From the NCBI GenBank assembly GCA_001816475.1, contig MHCC01000027.1:11312-75311 (forward strand): a DNA stretch of 64,000 nucleotides, written 5' to 3'. Shown here piece after piece: positions 30,804 through 40,282 of this stretch; the first letter of the stretch is position 1, and each line of letters opens with the position of its first letter. A program made the position numbers and the translations under genes. The notes under the pieces were generated by a model. That model did no database searches. It was given only the letters and a program-made list of their open reading frames with translations, and had not been told where the DNA came from. The DNA is from Candidatus Blackburnbacteria bacterium RIFCSPLOWO2_01_FULL_40_20. GTDB taxonomy: Bacteria > Patescibacteriota > Microgenomatia > UBA8517 > UBA10165.

Positions 30804-31869
30804 CGTAAGTTCTAAATCGAATCGCAACCCCCTTAGGTAGAATATCTAGTAAGGGGGTGAGAAAGCATAAAACACAAGAAGATTACTGATATTGAACGCG
30901 ATTCAATAGCCCTTTGGCATTCTCAAGGTGATTCAAACAGTGAGATTGCAAAGAGGCTGGGAAAGCATATCTCAAATATAGGACGGGAGATAAAGAGAAA
31001 CTCTTTTGAGGGTAGATATTACGTGGCAATTCATGCCCAGGCAAAAAGTAGTACCAGAAAATCACAAGCTGGTAAAAGACACCCTTTGAAAAATAAGGAA
31101 GTTTTCAGGTGGGTCATTACCAGGTTAATGCGTGGCTGGAGTCCTGAACAGATATCAGGCAGGATGAAGCTGGTTTTTCCTCGCAACCTAAGGATAAGAA
31201 TTACTCCCGAGACCATTTACTCATTCATCTATTCAGAGGAATATAAACACAGAAAGTTCTGGGAATACCTGCCTTGGGGAAGAAAGAAAAGGAGACACAA
31301 AGCCGGCAGGCATGTCCACAGAGGTAGAATCCCAGATAGAATCAGCATTCACAATAGACCGGTTCTGATAGATCAGAGAGTGGAGTTTGGTCACTTTGAG
31401 GGTGATACGGTTGAAGGGAAGGGGCATAAAGATGGGGTACATACCGAGGTTGAAAGAGTTTCCAGAAAGTTCTTTGCCAAACTTGTTGCCAGGATTAGCT
31501 CAGAAGAAGCAATTAAAGCTCAAAGTGAGATCTTCTCCCCTCTCCCTGCCCTTGCCCGTAAGTCAACAACCTTGGACAATGGGAGAGAAAACCATCTGCA
31601 CATACAGCTTAAAGAGCTGGGAATGGATACCTTCTTTTGTGACCCATATTCCTCTTGGCAAAGAGGATCAAATGAGTACCACAACGGACTATTAAGAAGG
31701 TACTTTCCCAAGGGAACTGATTTTAAAACCATATCCCAGCAGGAGATTGATGAGTGTGTGGAAGAGATAAACAATAGGCCTAGAAAATGTCTTGGATTTT
31801 ACACCCCTAATGAGGTATTCTTAAGAGAGCTACAAAAGGGAGGGGTTGCGATTCAACCTTGAATGTAAG
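30804..31869 (+). mobile_element. IS30-family element, copy 1 (1066 bp)
   Basis: IRL cgtaagttctaaatcgaatcgcaacccc, IRR ggggttgcgattcaaccttgaatgtaag. Confidence 0.9.
30857..31862 (+). pseudogene. IS30 transposase with an early +1 frameshift
   Basis: WSPEQISG, GHFEGDTV, DNGRE, WQRGSNE, NNRPRKCLG; GTG 30857 is out of frame by 1 relative to copy 2. Confidence 0.8.
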
Positions 31870-31890
31870 TCTTGTTAAGGTTTTTACTCA

Positions 31891-31943
31891 AGTGGTATAA
31901 TTATTCACAAAGCATTTTGCTTCGCAAAACTTGACAAATAACT
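31891..31943 (+). repeat. Repeated promoter-like element, copy C
   Basis: agtggtataattattcacaaagcattttgcttcgcaaaacttgacaaataact. Confidence 0.75.
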
Positions 31944-31983
31944 ACAGGGCATGGTAATCTAACCTATATTATTGGTTTAAAGC

Positions 31984-33735
31984 ATGTCAAGAAAAGAGTA
32001 CCTGCCATACGGCAGAATATTCAATAGGCTTGCTCAAGGAAGCGAGGCTCGCAACGCTCAAAGGGACCATTTGAGCCTAGAGCCTCAACAAAAGGTGCCT
32101 GAACCGGCGCCCGGTGAGATGTCCCCCGAAACCGCCCCCGCCTTTACCCCCTCTGCCCCAACCACCACTCTTGAGTCACCCGCCCCTTTCACCCTTACTA
32201 CCCTTACCCAAGAAATCACAACAACCACAGCTTCCGAAAAACCGGCTCAGGCGCAAATAATAGAAAACATCGCCGCTCCAGAAACAAAAACTCCAGGAGT
32301 ATTAGGATTTTATAAGAAGCTTAAAACCCCAATTCACATTGCTGCTGTAGTAATTACTATGACAGCCGGACAACTATTAGGTCGCAGCCCAAGCGAAGGC
32401 AAAGCAAAGGAAGGAATAAAACCAGGACAAGGCATAACAGAAATCCAAGACGCCGGCATGCCCTCAAAACAAGCTATTGAAGGAACAAGAAAAGAGCTGG
32501 CAATAAACCCTGAGATTAAAACATATACGGACTACAAAGTAATTGATTTGAAAAGCAACGGCAATGAGCTGGTGACGATTTCAGAGGTTGGGGGAAAAAG
32601 GTATGTGAGCACTAACTCTAAAGATAGTATAGGTAACGATATTATAAAGAGTGTTGGAACCCCACCTTTTTATGCACTTTCAGCCGCAAGATCTGGAAAT
32701 AATATTGTTGTTGTGGGAGACAAAGAAGCCCGATCCAACCAAGGCAGAGCATGGTTCACAACTGACGCGGGCAAGAACTGGAGATTAATTGAAAGTAGTG
32801 TTGGAACAATGTGGGCAGTGCAGCTTACCCCGGACAATAAATATGCCTATATTTCAGCTTCAAGCGTGAATCTTGAAAATGGAGTGCTTGTTTCGCGTTT
32901 AGACCTTGCAAATTCAACAGTAACAAACTTTACGGTATCGGGTACTCCTTCGGGAGAATCTATACGCATTCTGACCCCATTAGTGGCGGTAGAGGGTTCA
33001 TATAAAAGTTATGCTGCCATACCTCTCAACACGGGGTATTACGAGATCACCCATTTAGCAGATAGAATAGATGCTGTCAGGTTTAATATTGATGAAGGTT
33101 ACGCCAGAGGAGAAATTACTAATTTTACAAACAGCCAAGGAGAGCAAGAAGTTTGGCTGATTAATAACGATGTTGGAGGTTATCCTCCAAATAATTCAAG
33201 CCGGAGAACTGGAACCATTTATCGCAACATCGATAACGTTTTAAGTAGCGTTATACAACCAAAAACTTCCTTCCATCCAGAAGCTGGAACAAATAGCGGC
33301 ATAGTAGTATCGACAGCTGCAGCTGAAGTTCACCTAGATCTGGGCTTTATGGCTGTTGGAGCCGAAATCGGCGATGGCGGGTTAAGTACTAAAATCGAAA
33401 CATTCCCGATATCTGATCCTGTTAACTTAGAAAAAAGAGAACTAGTCCCTCAAGACGGAGATTGGCCTCAGATTTTATCAAACAAAGAACGAGTGGAGGT
33501 CAGATCCTTGAAAGTTTTGAGCGTAGAAGGGAAAAAGGTTTTAGTTGCGAACATTCAAAAATGGGAATATGTTTACGACTCTTCCACAAACACTGAAAAG
33601 CTTGTTTTCCAAACGGGGGGGCTACTAGAAAGGGATATTACCCAGGGAGTTTCATCAGAAAAACAATGGAGGAAAGCTTCTTCAATTGAAGAAATAATAA
33701 AACATCAAGTCTATATACCAAATGTGGTTAGGTAA
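31984..33735 (+). CDS. Membrane-anchored beta-propeller-like protein
   Basis: Pro/Thr-rich N-terminus, one TM, Asp-box WFTTDAGKNW, C-terminal VYIPNVVR. Confidence 0.65.
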   Translation: MSRKEYLPYGRIFNRLAQGSEARNAQRDHLSLEPQQKVPEPAPGEMSPETAPAFTPSAPTTTLESPAPFTLTTLTQEITTTTASEKPAQAQIIENIAAPETKTPGVLGFYKKLKTPIHIAAVVITMTAGQLLGRSPSEGKAKEGIKPGQGITEIQDAGMPSKQAIEGTRKELAINPEIKTYTDYKVIDLKSNGNELVTISEVGGKRYVSTNSKDSIGNDIIKSVGTPPFYALSAARSGNNIVVVGDKEARSNQGRAWFTTDAGKNWRLIESSVGTMWAVQLTPDNKYAYISASSVNLENGVLVSRLDLANSTVTNFTVSGTPSGESIRILTPLVAVEGSYKSYAAIPLNTGYYEITHLADRIDAVRFNIDEGYARGEITNFTNSQGEQEVWLINNDVGGYPPNNSSRRTGTIYRNIDNVLSSVIQPKTSFHPEAGTNSGIVVSTAAAEVHLDLGFMAVGAEIGDGGLSTKIETFPISDPVNLEKRELVPQDGDWPQILSNKERVEVRSLKVLSVEGKKVLVANIQKWEYVYDSSTNTEKLVFQTGGLLERDITQGVSSEKQWRKASSIEEIIKHQVYIPNVVR

Positions 33736-33743
33736 TAATTTAC

Positions 33744-35498
33744 TTAAGGAGTAATTAATTTACAACCATCCGTATCTGGGTTTGAGGTTTGACAATCAGG
33801 AATAAGGACCTTTTGAACGGGAGTTGAGCCGTCTTCCAAATAAGCAGCAGTGTACATGTTTTTACTACTAAAAGCGTCACTAAACCGAATTTCCCAACTG
33901 ACCTTATTTCCTTCCACACCCCTCCCCCAAACAACATACATCTCCGTATCAGAATCATTTTTTACCGGCCTTCCATCACTCGGAATCGAACTCCAAAGTG
34001 TTTTGTTCCATACATAAAAAGTTCCGTCTGAGTCGTATCTAAGTAAAATTCCATTTTGGGGGTTTGCTACCCTACTTGAAGCATCCGTAACAAACGTGTT
34101 TGCGTCTGTCAGTTTTGCACCCAGCGTTGAGTTGCTGTTATACATTGCCACATAATATTTATTAACAGAACTACTTCCTGGAGTGACTGTCAGCGAAACT
34201 TTCATCGGATTAACCCAACTTGAGCCGTTGGGAGCAATCTTGCCGGAATGAGTCGTAACTCCACTAAAGGTAGTTTGACTAGCTGTGGCGTTTGCAATTT
34301 TGAGAGTGCTGATTTTTGGGGCCGAATTGCCAACGGTCAATGAAGCATAACTCCCATCTCCGCAAGGCCAAAAGCCGCTATAAGACCAAGACGTAACGTA
34401 GGGGTTGCCAGCACAATTAAGATTATTTTCTCCATTATGGACTGTAGTACCAAAATAATAAGTTCCTGTAGATTTTGGGGTCCATTCTGCTCTCCTAATA
34501 TTTCCACCCATGACATAAAAAGTGTCAATCGTTCCTCCTCCTATCCGGCACCAAGGAGACCCTGCGTTCGCTGGAACTCCTCCATTTTCAGAGCATTCGG
34601 AAGGAAGGCTGGCGGATCCACCATTGTCCTTTGTAACGAAAATGTATGCGTTAGACACATAGCCGGTTTGTCCAGCCATCCCTAATAAGCTACCAATATA
34701 TTCGGTATACACCAGAGTATCTACTAAATCGCCTACTAAAGCAGCGCAACTACTTGCGCTTTTACATGTCACATATCCCGTGGGGGGATAATTGGCATTA
34801 ACAACTGCTCTGTCCAACTCTGTATCTCCCGCAAAAAGAACAAAGAGTTTTCCAGGAAAGTTTATCCAATTTATATCATCTGATCCACTAGGATTACCGT
34901 TTACCGGACTTCCATTTGTTCTACTTACCGTTGTACTCGACGAGCTTAAAGTTGTGTTTGTTCCATCGCTGCCCCAATTATATAAATTACCAGAGTGTGA
35001 AGTTAAATCGAATGCATACAATCCCACGTTGCTCGCATTTGAAGTGGTGAAGCTTACATTTGGCAGGGGAATAGTAACACCAGTCGAACTACGACAGAGG
35101 TTGTTGTTATGGTTTAGAACACAAGGGTTGTTTGACGTTGTGATTGATCCTGTCGGGTCGCTGGGGGCGGGGGCAGACTCTCCTCCTCCTCCACCAGATG
35201 GGACTCCTGGAGTGTAACAATATCCGCATTCCCCTGAGCAAACAGCACCCGTCACACAACCAACACCTTGAATCCCGCTGCCCGAACAATTACCACTTTG
35301 ATTACAAACGTAAGTCGTTACTGCAGGATTACAGGTTCTGCTATCTCCGCTGCCGTCACTACACCATTGAGTTCCGTCGCACCCTTCAGTGCTACAACTA
35401 CAATCACCCCAAGACTCACAAGCATTTGCAATGCTTGTTTTTGGTAAAAATAAAAAATAGAACGTTGCAGCAACTGAAAGGAAGATTAACTTAAACAT
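33744..35498 (-). CDS. Secreted Cys/Ser/Gly-rich surface protein
   Basis: Signal peptide, Cys-rich N-domain, beta-rich remainder. Confidence 0.7.
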   Translation of the reverse strand: MFKLIFLSVAATFYFLFLPKTSIANACESWGDCSCSTEGCDGTQWCSDGSGDSRTCNPAVTTYVCNQSGNCSGSGIQGVGCVTGAVCSGECGYCYTPGVPSGGGGGESAPAPSDPTGSITTSNNPCVLNHNNNLCRSSTGVTIPLPNVSFTTSNASNVGLYAFDLTSHSGNLYNWGSDGTNTTLSSSSTTVSRTNGSPVNGNPSGSDDINWINFPGKLFVLFAGDTELDRAVVNANYPPTGYVTCKSASSCAALVGDLVDTLVYTEYIGSLLGMAGQTGYVSNAYIFVTKDNGGSASLPSECSENGGVPANAGSPWCRIGGGTIDTFYVMGGNIRRAEWTPKSTGTYYFGTTVHNGENNLNCAGNPYVTSWSYSGFWPCGDGSYASLTVGNSAPKISTLKIANATASQTTFSGVTTHSGKIAPNGSSWVNPMKVSLTVTPGSSSVNKYYVAMYNSNSTLGAKLTDANTFVTDASSRVANPQNGILLRYDSDGTFYVWNKTLWSSIPSDGRPVKNDSDTEMYVVWGRGVEGNKVSWEIRFSDAFSSKNMYTAAYLEDGSTPVQKVLIPDCQTSNPDTDGCKLITP

Positions 35499-36059
35499 TT
35501 ATTTTTCTACGATTGCAAGCCTTGTAATTTTTCCTTCTTCCGGCTTACTCATATCAAAAGAATAGTCCATCAATATTTGATCGCCCGCTTTTATTTCTGA
35601 AGCTGTAAATTCAGACTGTTTGCCCTGCGAATCTACTTTCACAACTAGATCTTTCGAAGATTTAGGTAGAAAAAATTTCCTTCCCAAATCTTGTCCAACC
35701 GGACTATACATCTCCAATTCAAATCCTTCATTATTGTTTGTGGGCGAAATACTCTTTATATTGCCTTGAAGTTGATATGAAACCATCACTCTTTTAATTG
35801 TCGATTTCTCAATTGCAAAAAGTGGACTACTAGGGGAAAGGAAAGGAGCAATAGAAGGAGAGGGGGAAGTAACAGGCTGTTGGGATACTTTGTTGTCTTT
35901 TTTAAGAGCTATCGATTGCAACAAATCTTTTTTGTAAGCCACTCCAATTGCGGCGAGTATAAGAAGAAAGACAACTCCGACTATTATGTAAATCAATTTT
36001 GGACCGAGAGGTGTGGCAACTTTTTTTTCAGGAACTTGTTGGGGTAATTGGGATTCCAT
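35499..36059 (-). CDS. Single-TM hypothetical protein
   Basis: N-terminal TM, Pro/Ser linker. Confidence 0.65.
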   Translation of the reverse strand: MESQLPQQVPEKKVATPLGPKLIYIIVGVVFLLILAAIGVAYKKDLLQSIALKKDNKVSQQPVTSPSPSIAPFLSPSSPLFAIEKSTIKRVMVSYQLQGNIKSISPTNNNEGFELEMYSPVGQDLGRKFFLPKSSKDLVVKVDSQGKQSEFTASEIKAGDQILMDYSFDMSKPEEGKITRLAIVEK

Positions 36060-36202
36060 ACTTTACATAACTTGGAAAAGCAAGTTACTATCATCTAATC
36101 ATCTTACAGCCCTCTTGTCAATGCCTGGGTTCTATTGATACAGTTCTATTGATACAAATAGATCTAATTGAATTTTGACAACTTTAGCTTTAATATAAAC
36201 TC

Positions 36203-36442
36203 ATGACAAAGAAACAAAAAGAAGAGTTTATGGGATTGTTGGTACAATTTTTCCATGAGGTAATTGCGCCTGTTTTGAAAGAAAATAAGACAGAATTAAA
36301 AGAAGAAATGAAGGATCTGAGGCATACGGTTGATAGAATAGAAAGAAGGCTGGAAACATACGACGACAGGTTTGATAGACATGATGAAAGACTTACAAAA
36401 CTTGAAAAAATCCATCCTCAAAACAAACACGTTCTCGATTAA
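36203..36442 (+). CDS. Small coiled-coil protein
   Basis: Heptad pattern VDRIERRLE...HDERLTKLE. Confidence 0.6.
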   Translation: MTKKQKEEFMGLLVQFFHEVIAPVLKENKTELKEEMKDLRHTVDRIERRLETYDDRFDRHDERLTKLEKIHPQNKHVLD

Positions 36443-36630
36443 AGTTAAAGTTTAGCAATCTGTGCAGTACATTATCATGTAATCATCTTCTTTTCATCTT
36501 GTCAACACCTCGACACCACATGGAGAATGTATTCATTACTTGTCATATTTTCTGTTGTTTATTAATAAATCTGCTACTTTCTCCTAATTTTTAATCCTAC
36601 CTGCTTTGAGAAAAATAACAGTGTAACATC

Positions 36631-38247
36631 TCAGTCAGAAATCTTAATATTATTTTGCTGAATGAAATACTCCAATTGTAGGGTAGCAAGTAAAAAACTA
36701 AGAGCATCTCCTTCAAGATATTTATGGGTGTCCCCCTTTTTCATATCATCGATAATCTCGCTAGCTTTTATCCATCCTTTTTGCGCCAAAATGGATTTCT
36801 TGAGAACTGAGATTATAAAATCTTGTTTCTTATCCAAAAAAAGTTGGACATGACCTACCGGGCCTTCTTTTGGTCTAAACTGGCTAGGAGCAAAAATCTC
36901 TTCGCGTGTTTTCCAAATTTCTTGTTTTGATAAAGCCTTAGAACCTTTACGGGGAATCATACGCGCTAGTTGCACCAACCGGGGATCGATAAAGGGAGTC
37001 ATTGGCCAAATCCCAGTTTCCCAGTAAACGGGAAAAAGACCGGAATTTACCAATATGGCCGATGGTGAAATAATTGAAGGGAATATTTTTTTTCTTTGAA
37101 AACGCTCTTTGTCTAGTAACGCTTGTATACCTTTGTCTGTAAAAATCTTATCGAGACCAAATTTTAATTTTTTAACGGTCCAAAAATATTCTTCCTGGAC
37201 AGGGAAAGGGGAAAGTACATCCATCGCATGGGCTTTATATATCTCGTCTCCTCCCTCGCCGGTAAATTCGATTTTTATTCCTTCTTTAGCTGGATAGGAG
37301 TAAAAGTGGAATAGTAACCCTTCAGCAATCTGATTAGGGATTTTTGCTGCCCGCTTTAAATCGTTCTTGCTCGCAAAAGGATAGAAAGGATCTTCGTTGA
37401 TATATTTAATAATCAAGCCGTATTTTTGCGCTAATTCTTCCACTATTTTGGGGTGTGTATCACCAAGTGTATATTTAGAGATACCACAGTAGCACTTAAA
37501 ACTTTTTTTTGTCTGTTTTTTGAGTAAATATACGACAAGAGAGCTGTCGAAGCCGGATGATATGTCCCCCGCGAAAGGAAGGTGCTCTATCGAAGAAAGC
37601 CGCTCGGCTATAGTTCGCTTCAATGATAAAAGAAAGTCATTCGAAAATTTTTCAGCGGATGCGTAAGGTTGCTGTCGTTGCTCGAGAAATTTGTCCAAAT
37701 CCACTAATGGTGTCAAGGAGTACGAGAAGTCGTTCTTAATCTTCAAAAGAGTTGCTGGCGGGACCTGATTAATCTCAGCAACAACTGTTTGATCACTTAC
37801 TAGTATTTGTCGGGAAATGAGTCCAAAAGCAGCTCCAATGTTAAGAGTAAGAGAGGACAATTTATCCTTCACTGTTTCAAAATCTGTTGACAGAACGAAT
37901 TTATCGTCCTCAACTGAGAAAAAACAAGGGAATTTCCCCGTTTGATCGGTGAGAAGAAAAATTTCGTTTTTTGCGAAATCACAATATATAATTAAAAAAT
38001 CTCCAACCAAATTTCCCAAGAGATCCCAGCCGCCTTCTTTACAAAGCTCAACGATTTCTTCGAACGTTACTTTCTTGTTGTAACAAACGAAATAACCAGC
38101 ACAAAAGAAACCTTTACCTGTCAAATGGAAGCTAGGCGGAAATGTTCTTTCGGGTAATACAAATCCTTTCGCTACTATCTCCGACAACAGTCCATCTTTT
38201 AATAATTTTTTAGGAATTTCTAAATAAAGGTGGGAGAGTTTCTTCAT
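36631..38247 (-). CDS. Asparagine synthetase-like (lasso cyclase-type) ligase 2
   Basis: GDISSGFDSS, GEGGDE, TPFIDP; clear paralog of 25716..27350 (LTDQTGKFPCFFS). Confidence 0.85.
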   Translation of the reverse strand: MKKLSHLYLEIPKKLLKDGLLSEIVAKGFVLPERTFPPSFHLTGKGFFCAGYFVCYNKKVTFEEIVELCKEGGWDLLGNLVGDFLIIYCDFAKNEIFLLTDQTGKFPCFFSVEDDKFVLSTDFETVKDKLSSLTLNIGAAFGLISRQILVSDQTVVAEINQVPPATLLKIKNDFSYSLTPLVDLDKFLEQRQQPYASAEKFSNDFLLSLKRTIAERLSSIEHLPFAGDISSGFDSSLVVYLLKKQTKKSFKCYCGISKYTLGDTHPKIVEELAQKYGLIIKYINEDPFYPFASKNDLKRAAKIPNQIAEGLLFHFYSYPAKEGIKIEFTGEGGDEIYKAHAMDVLSPFPVQEEYFWTVKKLKFGLDKIFTDKGIQALLDKERFQRKKIFPSIISPSAILVNSGLFPVYWETGIWPMTPFIDPRLVQLARMIPRKGSKALSKQEIWKTREEIFAPSQFRPKEGPVGHVQLFLDKKQDFIISVLKKSILAQKGWIKASEIIDDMKKGDTHKYLEGDALSFLLATLQLEYFIQQNNIKISD

Positions 38248-38507
38248 TTTTCAATAATAATATTCTCTTTACTCATGGTCCCTAAAAACTTCCCAATTTT
38301 GGACACATCTACTTTAAGAAGCTGGTAAATCTCTTCTATGCCTATTCCAGGATTTTCATCAATTGTCCTCAGAATATTATACCCAAACTTATTAACTTTG
38401 ATAATTTCTTCCGTCACAGAATTAAAAACAATTGTTTTATAATTATTTTTCTGGTCAAGTTGAGGACAAAATAGAACCGCAAGAGAATTTATAAAATACT
38501 TCATCAA
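38244..38507 (-). CDS. PqqD-like RiPP recognition element 2
   Basis: Paralog of 27331..27606 (TIVF, IKVN..GY.IL, PGI.I.E). Confidence 0.7.
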   Translation of the reverse strand: MMKYFINSLAVLFCPQLDQKNNYKTIVFNSVTEEIIKVNKFGYNILRTIDENPGIGIEEIYQLLKVDVSKIGKFLGTMSKENIIIEK

Positions 38508-38543
38508 AAAAACAGCAGGAAACTCTATTAACTTCTAAGGTGC

Positions 38544-40261
38544 TTAATCCAATGGGACATACCTAGTCCTGTCTATGTTCATTCTTTTACCAACATTCAA
38601 TTCTCTTATCTTACCTAACATTTCTACGGTTGGTTCAACATCCGCAATCAATTCTCTCTCAATTTCCTTTGGACTCGCCTTACCTACTAACCCTAAATAC
38701 CAGTTATTAGCTGTAAAATATTTTTTTGCTACTTTCGCGACGGAGTCGATTGTAATTTCTTTATATATTTTTGCTATTTCTTGTGGAGTGTAACTTTTAC
38801 CCGAGAGAAACTCTTGTTCACCGTACCATCCATTATAATCCGCAGTTGTTTCCATATTTAAAAGAAGTTCACCTATTGTTTGACTTTGCGCTATTTCAAA
38901 TTCTTCCTTCGAAAATTTACCTTTAGCAACTCTCTTAAATGAATAACATATCTGTTTAATTGTCTCGTTTAAAAATTTTCTACCTGTGGACGTTTTGAAA
39001 TAAATATATCCTTCCTCCTGGAGTAAATCCTGATCTAATACCCAATCATAGATAAACCCCTTCTCTCTTAATTCATTAACCAATATGCCAGAAAAGGATC
39101 CTCCAAGTAATCGACTAATTAAACGTAAAGCGTGTGTGTCGTTGTGGTCTTTTTTTATAGTTTTGAAACCAAACATTAGATAAGTATTATCTGTATTATT
39201 TGGTAATATTTTCAAAGAACCGCCCTTATGTGGCGCAATTTTTTGTGCGGCATTTTTCCCTTTATTCTTTATATCACCAAAGTATTTTTCTACAATGTTT
39301 AAAGCGTAATTTGTATCGAAGTTTCCGGCTATACAAAGAACTCCTTTGTTGAAAGATATTTCATCTATAAATTTTTGTACATCAGTTATTGATATATCAT
39401 TTAGATCATTAACATTTCCTGTGTATGGTCTTGCGAGTGAACTCCCCCTCCAAAACGCTTCATTCCAAGCATAATCCCAAACTGCTATGTTTGGCTCAAA
39501 TCTGTCCTTGTTAATTTCCTCTATCACAGATTGTTTCTCTTTTTGTAATTCAACGTTTTTTAATAGCGGGTAACGTATAGTTTGTTGTAAAACGTCAATT
39601 CCATGTATGTCCAAGAGTTTATTAAACTCTTCGTCGACAAAACCACCAATCGCACAACATTTTAATCTCATTGCTTCGGAAATTAAATACAAATTTTGAG
39701 CTACATGTCCACATTCCATCAATATAAACCTATAACCTCGCTCTTCATATTTTATTCTGGTTCTATCCAGAACGGCGGATAATATTATCACACACGACGA
39801 GTCCCCAACAAAAGATTGTCCGGTATTGTCAACTAGAAAATTTTTGTTAGATCCTTTTCTTAATTGTTCAATTGAGTTGTTTTTAACATTAAAATGATAT
39901 ACTCCTTTTTTTAATGTCTTAACATTATTTACCTTTCTTGGCTTTCCCGACTCAATCAACATTAAAAACCAATGAACAGTCACCATAGTAATTTTTTTAT
40001 TCGCATCATTTTTAACTTCGTAAGTAAACTCACCAAGATATTCAACCGGTTTTGCCCTAAATCCGGTTTCTTCCAATACTTCCCTTATTGCAGTTTGCTG
40101 AAGACTTTCTCCTGGTTCTTGATGTCCTTTTGGTAAAGATGTGTCCTTAACTGCTACGCGATCAATGGCTACAACACTAGCAATGCCATTTTCAACAGTC
40201 ACCACTACCCCGACACGTCTTGATAAAGTTGGTAGTCTAAATCCTTATTGTCATTACTCAT
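38544..40261 (-). pseudogene. Chimeric ORF: NUDIX fragment + SagB-type dehydrogenase fragment + M16 peptidase fragment + RiPP precursor 2
   Basis: LPKGHQEPGE..REVLEETG; KYEERGYRFILMECGHVAQN; M16 part lacks HXXEH; tail EPTVEMLG...IDRTRY; ATG 40261 is frameshifted from the main frame. Confidence 0.75.
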
Positions 40262-40282
40262 AAATTTATTCTGTCAAGCTAT

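Noticed and set aside
25603-31943. oriC based on TTATTCACA boxes
   Set aside because: One box per repeat copy, kilobases apart, and no dnaA/dnaN nearby
36129-36156. 14-bp tandem duplication gttctattgataca
   Set aside because: Only two copies; likely slippage or a simple operator
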